A program made the translations under genes and the position numbers. From Octopus sinensis (Eukaryota), in the NCBI RefSeq assembly GCF_006345805.1, contig NC_043015.1, positions 41,230,001 to 41,294,000 of the forward strand: a stretch of 64,000 nucleotides of DNA. Reading direction: 5' to 3'. This document shows, in pieces, positions 13,960 to 27,889 of this stretch; position 1 is the stretch's first letter; every line of letters begins with the position of its first letter. The notes beneath the pieces are model-generated. The model worked only from the letters and a program-made list of their open reading frames with translations. It was not told the origin of the DNA and searched no databases.

Positions 13960-14445
13960 ATGTGTGTGTGTGTATAAGTTTTTATGTATAGGTGTTGTGT
14001 GTTTACATACATTGTTTGTATGTTTTAGTACATATAGGACTATCGATATGTGTATAAGTATGTGTATTTGTGTATATATATCTGTGTAAGTAAGTGTGTA
14101 TGTGTATATATATATATATATCTGTGTAAGTATATATGCGTTTGTGTATTTGTGTATATATATCTGTGTAAGTATATGTGTGTGTGTGTGTAATTATATA
14201 TATCTGTATATGTATGTGTGTGTATTTGTCTATATTTATATACATACACATATATATATATATCTGTGTATATATATGTGTGTGTGTAAGTATATGTGCG
14301 TGTAAGTATCTGTGTGTAAGTATATGTGTGTGTATATGTGTAAGTATATATGTATGTATATAAGTATGTGTGTGTGTGTGTATATATCTGTAAGTATGTG
14401 TGTGTATATTTATATCTGTGTGAGTGTGTGTGTGTGTAAGTATGC
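13960..14445. repeat. TG/TA-rich satellite with recurring TGTAAGTAT
   Basis: Direct reading. Confidence 0.9.
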
Positions 14446-15292
14446 GTTGCTGCATGTCTGCGAAGGGTGACATTTTCATGAAACTTCACCGTCCTCTCCA
14501 GGATAATGTTGCATTCATGGTATATGGTGGTTGTTATTGTGGTAGTACTGACAGGTGGTGGTGGTATTTGCAGTAGCGTTGGTTTGTGGTGGTGTCAGCA
14601 TTCAGGGTCTTTTGGTGTTGGCGGTAGTTTTTCCGGTAATGTTACGGGTTGCAGAGATACTGTATAACCCTTAGCCATTCCTGATCCACCAATCCTATGG
14701 TACACAGAGTGTGGGATCAGTAGTGGGGTGGGGTTGCTATTATCTATATGAATGTGTGTAGGAGATACAGTGTAGACATAGGACCTTTAATATGGGTGTA
14801 TATATGTGTAATACCCCCACCCCTAATTATTTTGTGTGTGGGTGGCTGGAATTATAAGTGTAGATGTGGTTCAGTAAGGGTGTGTATACAAGTACCCATA
14901 TCTCAATCCTTGACTTTTTTTCTAAACACTGTATGACTCTACATTTCCGCTCACCTTGTTGGAATTTCAACGAGGAGTAATTGGGTATCAGCCATACCTT
15001 ATTCCAGGGCAGGAGTGCATGCAGGGGTGTGTAGTGTGTAGTGTCGTTTATTGGTTAAAGAAGTTTGTTTCACAACCATGATGTCTCCGGTTCAAACTCA
15101 CTGCATAGCATCTTGGGTAGTTGTTTTTTTTTTTTATTATAGCCTTGGTCAGCCCAAGCCTTGTGGGTAGAATTAGGTGGATAGAAACTGTTCTGAAGCT
15201 TGCATCCGATGGGTTTTGCCAGTAATTCAAAGATCCAGCTTTGACACAATGTCACACAGGTTCTACTTGATTTCATTATCATCATCATCAAA

Positions 15293-15525
15293 CCTTATTT
15301 CTTTATTGCCCACAAGGGGCTAAACACAGAGAGGACAAACAAGGACAGACAAAGGGATTAAGTTGATTACATCGACCCCAGTGCATAACTGGTACTTAAT
15401 TTATTGACCCCGAAAGGATGAAAGGCAAAGTTGACTTTGGTGAAATTTGAACTCAGAAAGTAACGTCAGACGAAATACCGCTAAGCATTTTGCCTGGTGT
15501 GCTAACATTTCTGCCAGCTTCCACG
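15293..15525 (-). mobile_element. SINE family B
   Basis: Reverse match to 5581-5811. Further copies near 21150-21520, 29460-29690, 31345-31490, 33295-33510 and 37765-37950. Confidence 0.8.
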
Positions 15526-16860
15526 CTGGTGTGGGTTGAATGGTTTGATCAGAGCAGGAGAGCTGCACCAGGGTCTAGTCCGATCTGGCTTGGTTTCTAT
15601 GGCTGGATGCCTTTCCTAATGCCAACCACTATTACATTGTGTGTTGGGTGGTTCCTTTTACGTGTCGCCAGCACAAGTGCTTTTTATATGGCACTAGCTC
15701 TGGAGTCTTGCAGGCTAATCCTTCTCACCAGGGGGAGCAGATACATTAAGTATGCATGTCCTGTGGAATACACAGCCACTTATATGCTAATTCAAAGAGT
15801 TTTGAAAGTTCATTTGATCGAAGGATTGAATTTTCCACTGTTTGAATTGACAGAGATTTTTTTAGTTTATTTACTCAGGAATCCAGGAAGTTTGTTTTAG
15901 TATCATCACCAGCATTGCCAACTATATCAGTTACAACTAAACAACAACAACCACAACTTCGATAACTACAACAACAACAATGCTACTACAATGATAACAA
16001 CTATATCGGTTACTGGAACATCGGAAACGGCAACAAACTACCTCAACTACACCTGCCACCACCACTACCACAAACAATAACAACAACAACAACAACAGCA
16101 TGTTCACAATGAAGTTTAGGGAACAAAATTCTTGAAAAAAAAAAGGTTGTAAGGTCATGCTTGGAATGTCTTTGATCAGTGTTGATCTTGATAAGCATCC
16201 TTGATATTCCTTCTTCATAAACACACTTTATATACACGCTTGATAAACAGACTTGATTCTTTCTTATCTTTCAGGAATTCACTCCTCACAATAAAAGGTG
16301 TGTGTGTGTGTGTATGCATGATATCATCGTCATCGTTTAACATCCGCTTTCCATGCTAGCATGGGTTGGACCATTTAACTGAGGATTGGCGAACCAGATG
16401 GCTGCACCAGGCTTCAATCTTGAGTTTCTACAGCTGGATGCCCTTCCTAATGCCAACCACTCCCAGAGTGTAGCGGGTGCTTTTACGTGCCACTGGCACG
16501 AGGGTTAGCCCAGCGGTACTGGCAATGGCCATGCTCAAATGGTGCTTTTTATGTGCCACCTGCACAGGAGCCAGTCCAGTGGCACTGGCAACGACCTCGC
16601 TTGAATGTTTTGTTCACGTGCCACCAGCACGAGTGCCGATAAGGCAACGCAGGTAACGATCATGCTCGAATGGTGTTTTTTTCGTGCCATCAGCACGATG
16701 GTAGCAGTATAGTAGTTATGGTTGCTGTTGGTGATGATGGTGCTGAATGTTGTTGGTTAGCACTTGGTCAACGCTCTTCATAGCAGACCCGTGGTTAAAG
16801 AAACAGTTCTGGTCATGATCATACCATCTGTCACACTTTTTGTTACCATACTTATAGATA

Positions 16861-17415
16861 CAGACATGGCTATGTGGTAAGTAGCTTGCTTACGAACCAC
16901 ATGGTTCCGGGTTCAGTCCCACTGCATAGCACCTTGGGCAAATGTCTTCTACCATAGCCTCGGGCCTACCAAAGCCTTGTGAGTGGATTTGGTAGACAGA
17001 AACTGAAAGAAGCCATCGTATATATATATATATATATATGTGTGTGTCTGTGTTTGTCCTCCCCCCCCCCAACATCGCTTGACAACCAATGCTGGTGTGT
17101 TTACATCCTTGTAACTTAGTGGTTTGGCAAAAGAGACTGATAGAATAAGTACTAGGCTTACAAAGAATAAGTCCTGGGGTCAATTTGCAAAGTTGGTGCT
17201 CCAGCATGGCCACAGTCAAATGACTGAAACAAGTAAAAGAGTATACTTATAGACATAGGCATGGCTGTGTGGTAAGAAGTTTGCTTCCCAGCCACATGGA
17301 TCTGGGTTCAGTCCCACTGCTTGGTACCTTGGGCAAGTGTCTTCTACTGTAGCCTCAATCTGACCAAAGCCTGGTGAGTGGATTTGGAAGATGGAAACTG
17401 TATGAAACCTGTCAT
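16861..17415 (+). mobile_element. SINE family A full copy followed by a 5' half copy
   Basis: ATACTTATAGA precedes both copies, resembling a target-site duplication. Confidence 0.8.
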
Positions 17416-17955
17416 CTGTGTCTGTATTTGTCTCCCACCACTAAAGTTTATATTTACAAAGTTATTTTGTGTTAAAGTTCTCATATTTCAGTAATTTCAA
17501 CCAATCAGAGAATTCTGAAAAATAATGAAGAATTTAGTGAAATAACTTTGTTGTTATTAAGTTGGTGTTTGGAACAAATTTACATGAATTTTTGGTGTTG
17601 AGTTTTTGATGATTCTAAAACGGAAAGTTTGTATCTTAGAAGCAGAGACAGTCTCTGGCAGGTTGGAATCAAAAGGGTTAGACAGCAACAACAACAACAA
17701 CAACAACAATAACAACAATGTTATGAATAGAAAAAATTCTTTAAGGTTCGAATGAGTAATATTGTCTGAGTTAGCTGGGGTGGAATTAGATCTTGATCCA
17801 TCAGGACAGTGAAGTGATAGAATCATTAGAGCATTAGATAGAGGTACCTTGTAGTATTTGTTCTATATCTCTACATTCTGAGTTCAAATCCCACCCTAGA
17901 CTGCCTTTGCCTTTCATCTTTTTGTAAAGTTATCAGTACTGAAGTTGACCCACCC

Positions 17956-18022
<67 letters not shown>

Positions 18023-18730
18023 ATGTATGTATATATATCTCACTCCTTCCCTCTGTTTTTACTTTCTCTCACTCTTCTCCCTCTTTTTCTCTCTCTGAGA
18101 GACTTTCTCAGTCTCTCTGTCCCCTCTCTCTTTCTCAGTTTCTCTCTCTCTCTCTGTCTCTCCCTTTCTTAGCCTCTCTCTCCTTTATGACTCTACCAGT
18201 CAAAACTCCCACATTGTCCCACAGTGTCAAAGCCGATTTGGATGAGAATTCTCATAAGAGTACACATGCCTGAGAAGCACTCAGCCACCTACACATTAAT
18301 TCCACCAGTAGACATTTCATCACTCTCTTCCTCCAGGTTGCAGTCATGGGCAAACTGCAAACTCAAGGACTTCCAGAATGGCTCACCCAAGCAAAAAAAT
18401 CATCTTGAATTTCTTTTAGTCACGCAACTCACCTAGGGATGAGCCATGGCTAATGAGGTCTTCCTCTCAAAAAACAAGTTGCCCAGGTTTCTTCTAGACC
18501 AGTGGTTTCGGCTGAGGCCCACAAGACCCTTGCGTAAGGAGTGAGGGCCATATAAGATTTTTTTGGTAAACTTAATGTGCAATAAATGGGTTATACTTCT
18601 TCTATACAAAAAAAAATGTTTTAACAATTTTCTTTAAACAATTCCTAATAATATTTAATTAATGGAGGGATTTTTAAGCATCAAATGGCTATAAGGGTCC
18701 ACCCGAGCGAAATAGGAATCAAAGGGGTCT

Positions 18731-19043
18731 ATGTGGAGGCACATGCCCTAGTGGTTAGAGCAGCGGACTCACGGTTGAGGGATCGCAGGTTCGAATCCCA
18801 GACCGGGTGATGTGTGTATTTATGAGCTAAACACCTAAGCTCCACGTGACTCTGGCAGAAGGTAATGGCGAAACTTCTGCTGACTCTTTCGCCACAACTT
18901 TCTCTCAGTCTTTCCTCCTGCATCTTGCAGCTCACCTGCGATGGACCGGCGTCCCATCCAGGTGGGAAACCTATACACCAAGGAAACCAGGAAACCGGCC
19001 CTTATGAGCCAGGCATGGCTCGAGAAGGCACAGACAACAACAT
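18731..19043 (+). mobile_element. tRNA-derived SINE family C (MetaSINE-like domain)
   Basis: AGTGGTTAGAGC A-box, GGTTCGAATCCC B-box, CCTGCGATGGACCGGCGTCCCATCCAG domain. Reverse copies at 39385-39686 and 41130-41432. Confidence 0.75.
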
Positions 19044-20647
19044 ATGTAAAAACTGGTTGAGGGCCACTGTTTCTGAACCAACTGACCAGCTGACTGATAA
19101 GCTAGCCCCTATTATAATCTTGTGATAAATTATCTCTAGTAGTTTGTTGTGATATTCAACCTGGATAAACCCACTCCATCCTTGCCTGTTCAACACATCC
19201 ACTCCCAGCAGTTAAGGTATGTTCAATGTTGTTGTAGTCACAGTTTTGTTTACTGGAGGTGGTAGTAGGGGTGACAGAGGTAGTGGTGAAGGGTTGTTGT
19301 TGTGGTGTTGGTGGTAGTTGTAGTACTGTTTGCAGTAGTGGTGAGTGTTGTTGAGGCAATAGTTTTTAGTGTTACATTGATGCTGGTTTTTATTGCTGTG
19401 GTGGTGGTAGTCTTTAGTATTGTTTGTGATGTAGTAGTAAATTTTAGCATTTTTGTGAGGTGGCTGGCTGAGTGGTTAGGGTGTTTGGTTCACGATTGTA
19501 AAGTCATGAGTTCAAATCCAGGCAGCACATTTATGTTCTTGAGCAAAACTCTTTATTTCACCTCACTCCAGTCCACTCAGCTATCGAAAACTAGTGTTAC
19601 CTGTATTTCGAAGGGCCAGCCTTGTTACATTCTTATTCCTTTATTGCCCACAAGGGGCTAAACATAGAGGGGGCAAACAAAGGTATTAAGTCAATTACCA
19701 GTCAAAAAAAAAAAAAAAATGTGGTGTTCCAGCCCTGGCCATCCCATTTAGTTTTTCTTTTCTCAGACACATAAATATATCCAGGAAATACATTATCCAA
19801 TGTCTGTCCCGCAGTTTGACTGCTATTTCTGGCAAGCCAAAAAACCATGTAGTGCCTCTCTTTCTCTCTCTTTTTGGACTTGTAGTGGTAGGTGGTTTTG
19901 TACAGGTAGTAGTGGTAGTCATGTTGTGTGGTGGTAGTGTTCCTGGAAAGATGCTAGGGTACTAGTAGTAGTAGTAGTAGTGAGTTTGCTAATTGTTTCC
20001 CCTCCTTTTAGCTGTCACCCCCACCTCACCCCTGACCTCTTTTCCACCTCTCATTTCATTGACTGCTATCACTACCTCCTCCAATATCTTGGTTAAAAAC
20101 ACACACACACAGCTATGCACTTTTGTAGCTCTTTTCGCCCACCCCGTTAACTCCTTCCTTCTCTCCACCCCCCATTACCTCCATTAATCATAAGACATAC
20201 CTGTGCTTCATTCATGAATACCTGGGTTAGTTTCCTTTCTGCTTCCTGTTTACAAAATTCAGTCCCCACTAACAAACAACAACAACACTACCCCCAACAC
20301 AGGTACAACAACAACAACAACAACAGCAACAACAACAGTTTCTTTCTTCTTTGTGTTCCTTTGCCTCTGTCATGGTCAGGTAGTTAAGAGAGTCAACTGA
20401 ATAATAAGATGGTGGGGATGGAGAAGAGGACAGCCAGGATGAGGGTACAGGATGGATGGATGTCTGGATGGCAGGCTGGATGGATGGATAAGTAGGGAGA
20501 TAGATAGGAAGGTAGACAAGGAGATAGATTACAGACAGACAGGTAGATATAGGTTTGTCTGTCCTTGTTTGTCCCCTCTGTGTTTTTAGCCCCTTGTGGC
20601 TAGTAAAGAAATAGGTAGATATAGGTAGGTTCAGGTACAAAGGTGTT

Positions 20648-20865
20648 CCTTTATTCCTTTATTTGTTTGTCCTTTGACTGTGGCCATGCTGGAGCACCGC
20701 CTTTAGTTGAAGAAATCAACCCCAGGACTTATTCTTTGTAAGTCTTAGTACTTATTTTATCGGTCTCTTTTGCTGAGCCACCAAGTTGTAGGCATGTAAA
20801 CACACCAACATAAGTTGTCAAGCGATAGTAGGAGGGGGGACAAACACAGACACACAAACATACAT

Positions 20866-20911
<46 letters not shown>

Positions 20912-21070
20912 TATACGACGGGCTTCTTTCAGTTTCCGTCTACCAAATCCACTCACAAGGCTTTGGTCAGCCCGAGGCTATAGTAGAAGACACTTGCCCA
21001 AGGTGCCACGCAGTGGGACTGACTCCAGAACCATGTGGTTGGTAAGCAAGCTACTTACTACACAGCCATA
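20648..21070 (-). mobile_element. SINE family A
   Basis: Family head, core and tail in reverse orientation. Confidence 0.85.
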
Positions 21071-21544
21071 CCTCGGGTGATTAAGCTGTGCTAATTAGCT
21101 AGATAGATACCTATTAATGTTTGTTTTAATGTTGAGTTCTGATTCTTTCAAATTTTGGCACAAGGCCAGCAGTTGTAAGGGAGAAAAGGGGTTAGTTAAT
21201 TACAACCCCAGTACGTAACTGGTACTTATTTCTTCAACTCCTGAAAGGACGAAAAGCAAAGTTGACCATGGCAGAATTTGAACCTGAAGCCGGACGAAAT
21301 GCTGCCAAGTATTTTATCTGGCAAGTTAAAGGTTCTGTTAGCTGGCCACCTTCAGTGTTGAGTCATAATAATAATAACAACAACAATAATATAATCCTTT
21401 CTATTATAGGCACAAGACACAACTTTTGGGGAGGAGGATAGTCGATTACATCGACCCCAGTGTATAACTGGTACTATTTCATCAACCCCGAAAAGATAAA
21501 AGACAAAATCAACCTCGGCAGAATAATAATAATAAACAATTTAT

Positions 21545-21942
21545 AGACGTAGGAGTGGCTCTGTGGTAAGTAGCTTGCTTACCAACCACATGGTTCCAGG
21601 TTCAGTCCCACTGTGTGGCACCACGGGGCAAGTGTCTTCTACTATAGCCTCAGGTTGACCAAAGCCTTGTGAGTGGATCTGGTAGACGGAAACTGAAAGA
21701 AGCCCGTCGTATATATGTATGTATGTATGTGTATGTATACGTTTGCGTGTCTGTGTTTGTCCCCCCCCCCCAGCATCGCTTGACAACCGATGCTGGTGTG
21801 TTTACATCCCCGTAACTTAGCTGTTCGGCAAAAGAGATCGATAGAATAAGTACTAGGCTTACAAAGAATAAGTCGATTTGCTCGACTAAAGGTGGTGCTC
21901 CAGCATGGCCACAATCAAATGACTGAAACAAGTAAAAGAGTA
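21545..21942 (+). mobile_element. SINE family A
   Basis: Family head, core and tail; inverted relative to 20648-21070. Confidence 0.85.
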
Positions 21943-22289
21943 ATTTAACATTAAACTGAAGAATTAATATTATTTTGTAGGGTGCCTATTTGTTATAGAG
22001 TCATGATGTTGGACAGTCTAGTGAAGGCCACCCAGTTGAAACTTTGTCATTGTCTCCATTCTTCCAAAAAGTAAAATAGGGGCATAGTTAGGCAGGTAAA
22101 TATAGATAGGTAGACAGGTAAGAAGCAGCCAGTAGCTTGATAGATACACCTGTAGTAGGTAGGTAATGTCAGGTGTATAGATATAGGTTGATAGGTAGAG
22201 GTTGGTAGCTGGAGAAGTAGGTACGTTTGTAGGTCAGTATTTAGATATATATATATGTGGTTAGATAGTTAGGGATGTATATAGATAGG

Positions 22290-22890
22290 TACTTGTGTAC
22301 ATATGTATTTATTTGCATGGGTAGGTAGATAGATATGTAGATATATACGTGTGTTACATAGATAGGTTGTAGATAGATACAATGGTATGTATGCTGATAT
22401 AGAGATAGAGAGAGAGAGAGATTTATAGATTGATAGATGGTTGGATGGATGGAGGGAGGGAGAGATAGATAGGTAGATGGAGGGAGGGAGAGATAGATAG
22501 ATAGATGGGAGGGAGGGAGAGATAGATAGATGGAAGGGAGGGAGAGATAGATAGATAGATGGAGGGAGGGAGAGATAGATAGATAGATGGAGAGAGAGAG
22601 AGAGAGATGGAGGGAGGGAGGGAGAGATAGATAGATAGATAGATAGATGGAGGGAGGGAGAGATAGACAGAGAGAAGGATGGATGGATGGATATGTAGAT
22701 AAATATATAGATATGTAGAGAGATGGATATGTGAATAGATGGGTGTGTAGATAGAAGGATAGATAGAAATACACAGATGGATGATGGATAGACAGATAGG
22801 TAGATGGATGAATACACACACTCACACATAGGCAGGCACACAGGTAGATAGACTGATACATAAACTCTTAGACAGACAGACAGACAGCTA
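22290..22890. repeat. (GATA)/(GGAG)/(GGAT) purine-rich compound repeat
   Basis: Direct reading. Confidence 0.92.
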
Positions 22891-23555
22891 TGTGAGTAGT
22901 TTGGTAGGTGTTAAGAAAGGGTGCGGAGAGGGAGGTAAAATGTGTTATCTGAGGAAAGTGTTGATGGCCTCTATTGGCAAGATAATTAGGTAAGTTATTG
23001 TATTACAAAAAATAATGGAAAGGGAAGAAGAAAAGTATTTTCTAACACAAACCCAAGTCTACAGAATATTTTGGGTGAACAGAGTTTATTCAACCCTCTC
23101 TGCTAAAAAAAAATATACCAGTACTTTACCTAATCCATCAATGAAGGCTACACTTTCATAGATAAGTTTAAGTCCCTTGGTTACTGGAGGTAAGACAATA
23201 GCCATGCTAATGACAGTTATTGAGGCAGAAACATGCCCACCACTGTCCTCTTACCTCCAGGCAATAAGCCTGCCCTTTTCTTTAAATGGCAAAAGAACAA
23301 ATCTGATATATTTGACATTTTAGACTGCATTTGTGTGTGGGATCTAGGCTAATACTTTTTTTGAAATAATTTTTAAAAAATTGTCAGTAACAAAACAAAT
23401 ATATTGTTATTTTATGCTTCTTTGATGGAAAAGAATTTTAAAAATACCAAAACTTTGAGACTGCAAAGGATTTCCATATTTATTATACAATAGGGGTAGA
23501 ATTCTGTTGATGCAAGCAAAATGTGTATTCAATAATGAAAGTATTAGAAAATCAT

Positions 23556-23957
23556 CACTCTTTACTCTTTTACTTGTTTCAGTCATTTGACTGCTGCCAT
23601 GTTGGAGCACCGCCTTTAGTCGAGCAAATTGACCCCGGGACTTATTCTTTGTAAGCCTAGAACTTATGCTATTGGTCTCTTTTGCTGAACCTCTAAGTTA
23701 TGGGGACATAAACACACCAGCATCTGTTGTCAGGCGATGTTGGGGGGACAAATACAGACACACAAACATATACACACACACACATACATATATATATCCA
23801 TACATACAACAGGCTTCTTTCGGTTTCTGTCTACCAAATCCACTCACAAGGCTTTGGTCAGCCCGAGGCTATAGTTGAAGATACTTGCCCAAGGTGCCAT
23901 GCAGTGGGACTGCACTCGGAACCATGTGGTTGGTAAGCAAGCTACTTACCACACACC
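23556..23957 (-). mobile_element. SINE family A
   Basis: Family head, core and tail in reverse orientation. Confidence 0.85.
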
Positions 23958-24417
23958 ATTCGAAATGATTTTGTTTTCAACATTTTAAAGATGAAAATAC
24001 AATTACAATTGTAAAAATGTCTTTATATACATATATCTGTGTGTGAATGGTCATCATTTGAATTATAAATGATGTCAGAAAATGAGTATTTACACTTTAT
24101 TTTTGTTTTCACCCTTTTTTCTTTTTTCTCCCACACTGTCTTTTTCTCTTTTTTTTGTTTGTTTTTTTTGCACTTTTCTCCCTCTTTCTCAGCCATTCAA
24201 CCATGCTCATTCGAAGAGGTGGAGAAAGAGGAAATAAGTATGTCACACTGACTTAGTTTATAATGAATAGAAAAGTGGCAAGGATTAGAGATCAAAAACA
24301 ATCTAATGAGAGATGAGTTCTTCAGCATGCATTAGTGACATTACAATTGTTATAGGAGATCTTTATATATATGTGTATATATATATATTAGAAGGTTTGG
24401 AGATGATGTACAGGTAT

Positions 24418-24619
24418 TATATATTAGAAGAAATGAGGTACTCAGAAATCCGGATGGTTTTATATTTACAGATATTTATTAGTATGTTAGATGTTTTTAT
24501 AAATCATATACCATATGTAGAGTCTTCAAATCATATGATATATGATATATAAAAACATGTAACATACTAATAAATATCTGTAAATATAAAACTATCCGGA
24601 TTTCTGAGTACCTCATTTC

Positions 24620-24630
<11 letters not shown>
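24418..24630. repeat. Inverted repeat, ~100-bp arms
   Basis: 24418-24517 pairs with 24532-24630; a solo arm lies near 30160-30240. Confidence 0.9.
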
Positions 24631-24658
<28 letters not shown>

Positions 24659-24724
24659 GAGTAAACACAAATGTGAACCAAGGTGGAAAAAAGAGTACTC
24701 AAATACCAGAGGTAGAGTAATAAG

Positions 24725-24842
24725 CTTTATTTAAAAGTAGCAGAAATTTAATAAAAGCTGTTACTCGGAGTTTCACGTTCCGAACGGGAATGTGAAACTC
24801 TGAGTAACAGCTTTTGTTAAATTTCTGCTGCTTTTAAATAAA

Positions 24843-24843
<1 letters not shown>
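24725..24843. repeat. Inverted repeat, ~57-bp arms, 5-nt loop
   Basis: CTTTATTTAAAAG...CACGTTCC / GGAATGTG...CTTTTAAATAAAG. Confidence 0.9.
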
Positions 24844-24920
<77 letters not shown>

Positions 24921-25688
24921 AAAATTCACAAAAAATCAAAAGACGAATACAGGTGATGTAAACAACAAACAGATATATATATCTTTTAAATTTGTTTATG
25001 GTGACGTTTTGAATATGCAAATAAAGCTCCTATTCCATTATGTTGACCACTGTCTAATGATGTTGACCAATGAACCAGCTTTTCAGGGTTGCATCAAGTT
25101 ATACCAACGTAATGTAGGATAAATATAATGATAATAATAATAATAATCCCGGGATGGAATTTGTAAGCATCTAATGCATCGTTATGATCTGAAAAGTCAT
25201 GCAATTTGTGGAAACACGTGTAGTGATGCATTAAATGATTATAAATTCCATCCTAGGATTATTGTTATCATTTTATATATACACTCTCTCCTATCAAATA
25301 CTGTCTATAAATGCTTTCTGTATATATGCTTTTATACAATCATGATATATATATATATATATATATAATAATATTAGGGAGTATAACTCCAAACTTACAG
25401 GGAAAAATTCAATTTAGTATTAAATCAAATTTCACAATATAAATATATAATATATATAAATTAGAGAAAAGCCACTATTATGCAATTCAAACAATGATAG
25501 ACATAAACAGACAGAAACAAGGAAAATGCCACTTATATTTGAACACTATACAAATATTCTTTTAAAAACACATTTCTTTTAATTTTTCTAAATTTAATTA
25601 TTTAATTGTTACAGTTGAAAAAGCCTCAACAAGTGGAACCGGTCCTGAAATATTTTTTATTAAATTATTTTAGCATTTTCTATCATGA

Positions 25689-25738
<50 letters not shown>

Positions 25739-25896
25739 GAGTTTTAATAATGGAACTCAGAGTGGGTAAAGCTGTAAATAATAGTGTATAAAGAATGTTA
25801 TGGGTAATCTATTGACAGCTCTATGCAAGCTTATATACACATGTAGAGCCTATCTGTTGACAGCTAGGTGTGTGTATGTGTATATATGGGCATGTA

Positions 25897-25977
<81 letters not shown>

Positions 25978-26208
25978 ATATATATATATATATATCCCTC
26001 TCTCTCTCTTTGGGAGAGGCACAAGCACCTACACGCACATATACACACACAGCAGTAACTTCCACCTACCGAATTCAATCACAAAGCTCCGGTCAGCTCG
26101 GGGCTATAGTGGAAGACACCTACCCAAAGTGCCACGCAGTGGGACTGAACCCGAAACCATGTAGCTAGGAAGCGAGCTCCCTAACCACACAGCCATGCCC
26201 ACGCCTAC

Positions 26209-26291
<83 letters not shown>

Positions 26292-26639
26292 GCGTGTGTG
26301 TATGTGTATATATGCCGCATGTGGTGTAAGTGTATATATATGTGTGTGTGTGTGTATGTATTTGTATGTATGGGAAGATTGTTTGCATTTGGAGAATAAG
26401 CCCACATGTGGGGGGTTTTCTTTGCTCTCACTTTCTCTCTTGTCACTTGTACAAACTTCTTAACAACACAGCCATGCCTCTTTGCTACCATATAAGGACA
26501 TTGTGAACGGCACTGTTTCAATTAATTAGTTACAGCAATTACCCCTTGGAAGTAAAATTGAAATTTAAGCCTGCATCGATTTGAAGGACATAACAAATGT
26601 TTTTTTTTTTCTATTTTTAAAATTTGTGTATCTTTATGT

Positions 26640-26673
<34 letters not shown>

Positions 26674-26842
26674 ATGTATAGGTGTGCCAGTTTGAATGTT
26701 TATGTATTGTGCAGGTATGACGTAGGTAATACGCTGTTGTCATTGTTATTATTATTCCTAGATCAGCTTTGATAATGTATAACAAAAAGGTTACCTCAAC
26801 CATGACCACGCAGTCAATTTTTGTCCAAGTATCTCCTCTCTG

Positions 26843-27605
26843 TTGTGGAGGCACATGGCTTAGTGGTTAGGGTGTCAGCAGCATGATTGTAAGATTGTGG
26901 TTTCGATTCCTGGACTGGGCGACGCGTTGTGTTCTTGAGCAAAACACTTCATTTCACATTGCTCCAGTCCACTCAGCTGGCAAAAACAAGTAACACTGCG
27001 ATGGACTGGCGTCCCGTCCAGCTGGGGAACACATACGCCATAGAAACTGGGAAACTGGGCCCATGAGCCTGGCTAGGCTTTAAAAGGGAGCATTTATTTG
27101 TGGAGGTGCGTGGCTTAGTGGTTAGGGTGTCAGCATCATGATTGTAAGGTTTTGGTTTCGATTCCTAGACCAGGTGACGCGTTGTGTTCTTGAGCAAAAC
27201 ACTTCATTTTTGTCATTGCTCCAGTCCACTCAGCTGGAAAAAATGAGTAACGCTGCGATGGACTGGTGTCCTGTCCAGCTGGGGAACACATACGCCATAG
27301 AAACTGGGAAACTGGGCCCATGAGCCTGGCTAGGCTTTAAAAGGGAGCATTTATTTGTGGAGGTGCGTGGCTTAGTGGTTAGGGTGTCAGCATCATGATT
27401 GTAAGGTTTTGGTTTCGACTCCTAGACCGGGTGACGCGTTGTGTTCTTGAGCAAAACACTTCATTTTCTCATTGCTCCAGTCCACTCAGCTGGAAAAAAT
27501 GAGTAACGCTGCGATGGACTGGTGTCCTGTCCAGCTGGGGAACATGTACGCCATGGAAGCCGGGACCATGACCCTGGCTAGGCTTTAAAAGGGCACATTT
27601 ATTTT
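26843..27605 (+). mobile_element. Three head-to-tail ~255-bp tRNA-SINE copies (related to family C)
   Basis: Units start at about 26843, 27098 and 27355, each TTGTGGAGG...TAGTGGTTAGG...GGCTTTAAAAGGG. Confidence 0.85.
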
Positions 27606-27889
27606 TATTTTATCTCATCTGTGTGAATGCACATGTGTGTTTAGGATATTTCACTCGTGGTCTTCAGTTCAATTTCCTGACAGAAATTGCGTGTTGTATT
27701 CTTGAGCAAAACACTTCGTTTCACGTTACCCCCAGTTCACTCAGCTGTAAGTCAATACCCCTGTGATGAACTGCTCTTCCAATCAAGCAAAATGTTGGCC
27801 TGCTTGCCTATCCACCTGTGTGGTACCATTTGAAAGCTAAAATAACGCAAAGTGCATTGTGACCAGGGATGTATAACAACATCCGATAG

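Noticed and set aside
16470-16700. CRISPR-like repeat/spacer look (also 34720-34930, 41715-41872, 28041-29105)
   Set aside because: The 'spacers' are diverged copies of one another, the context is a eukaryotic retroelement, and no cas genes are present.
18731-18810. tRNA gene-like sequence (also 26845, 42000, 49643)
   Set aside because: Each continues into a SINE body without a proper acceptor stem, so these are SINE heads.
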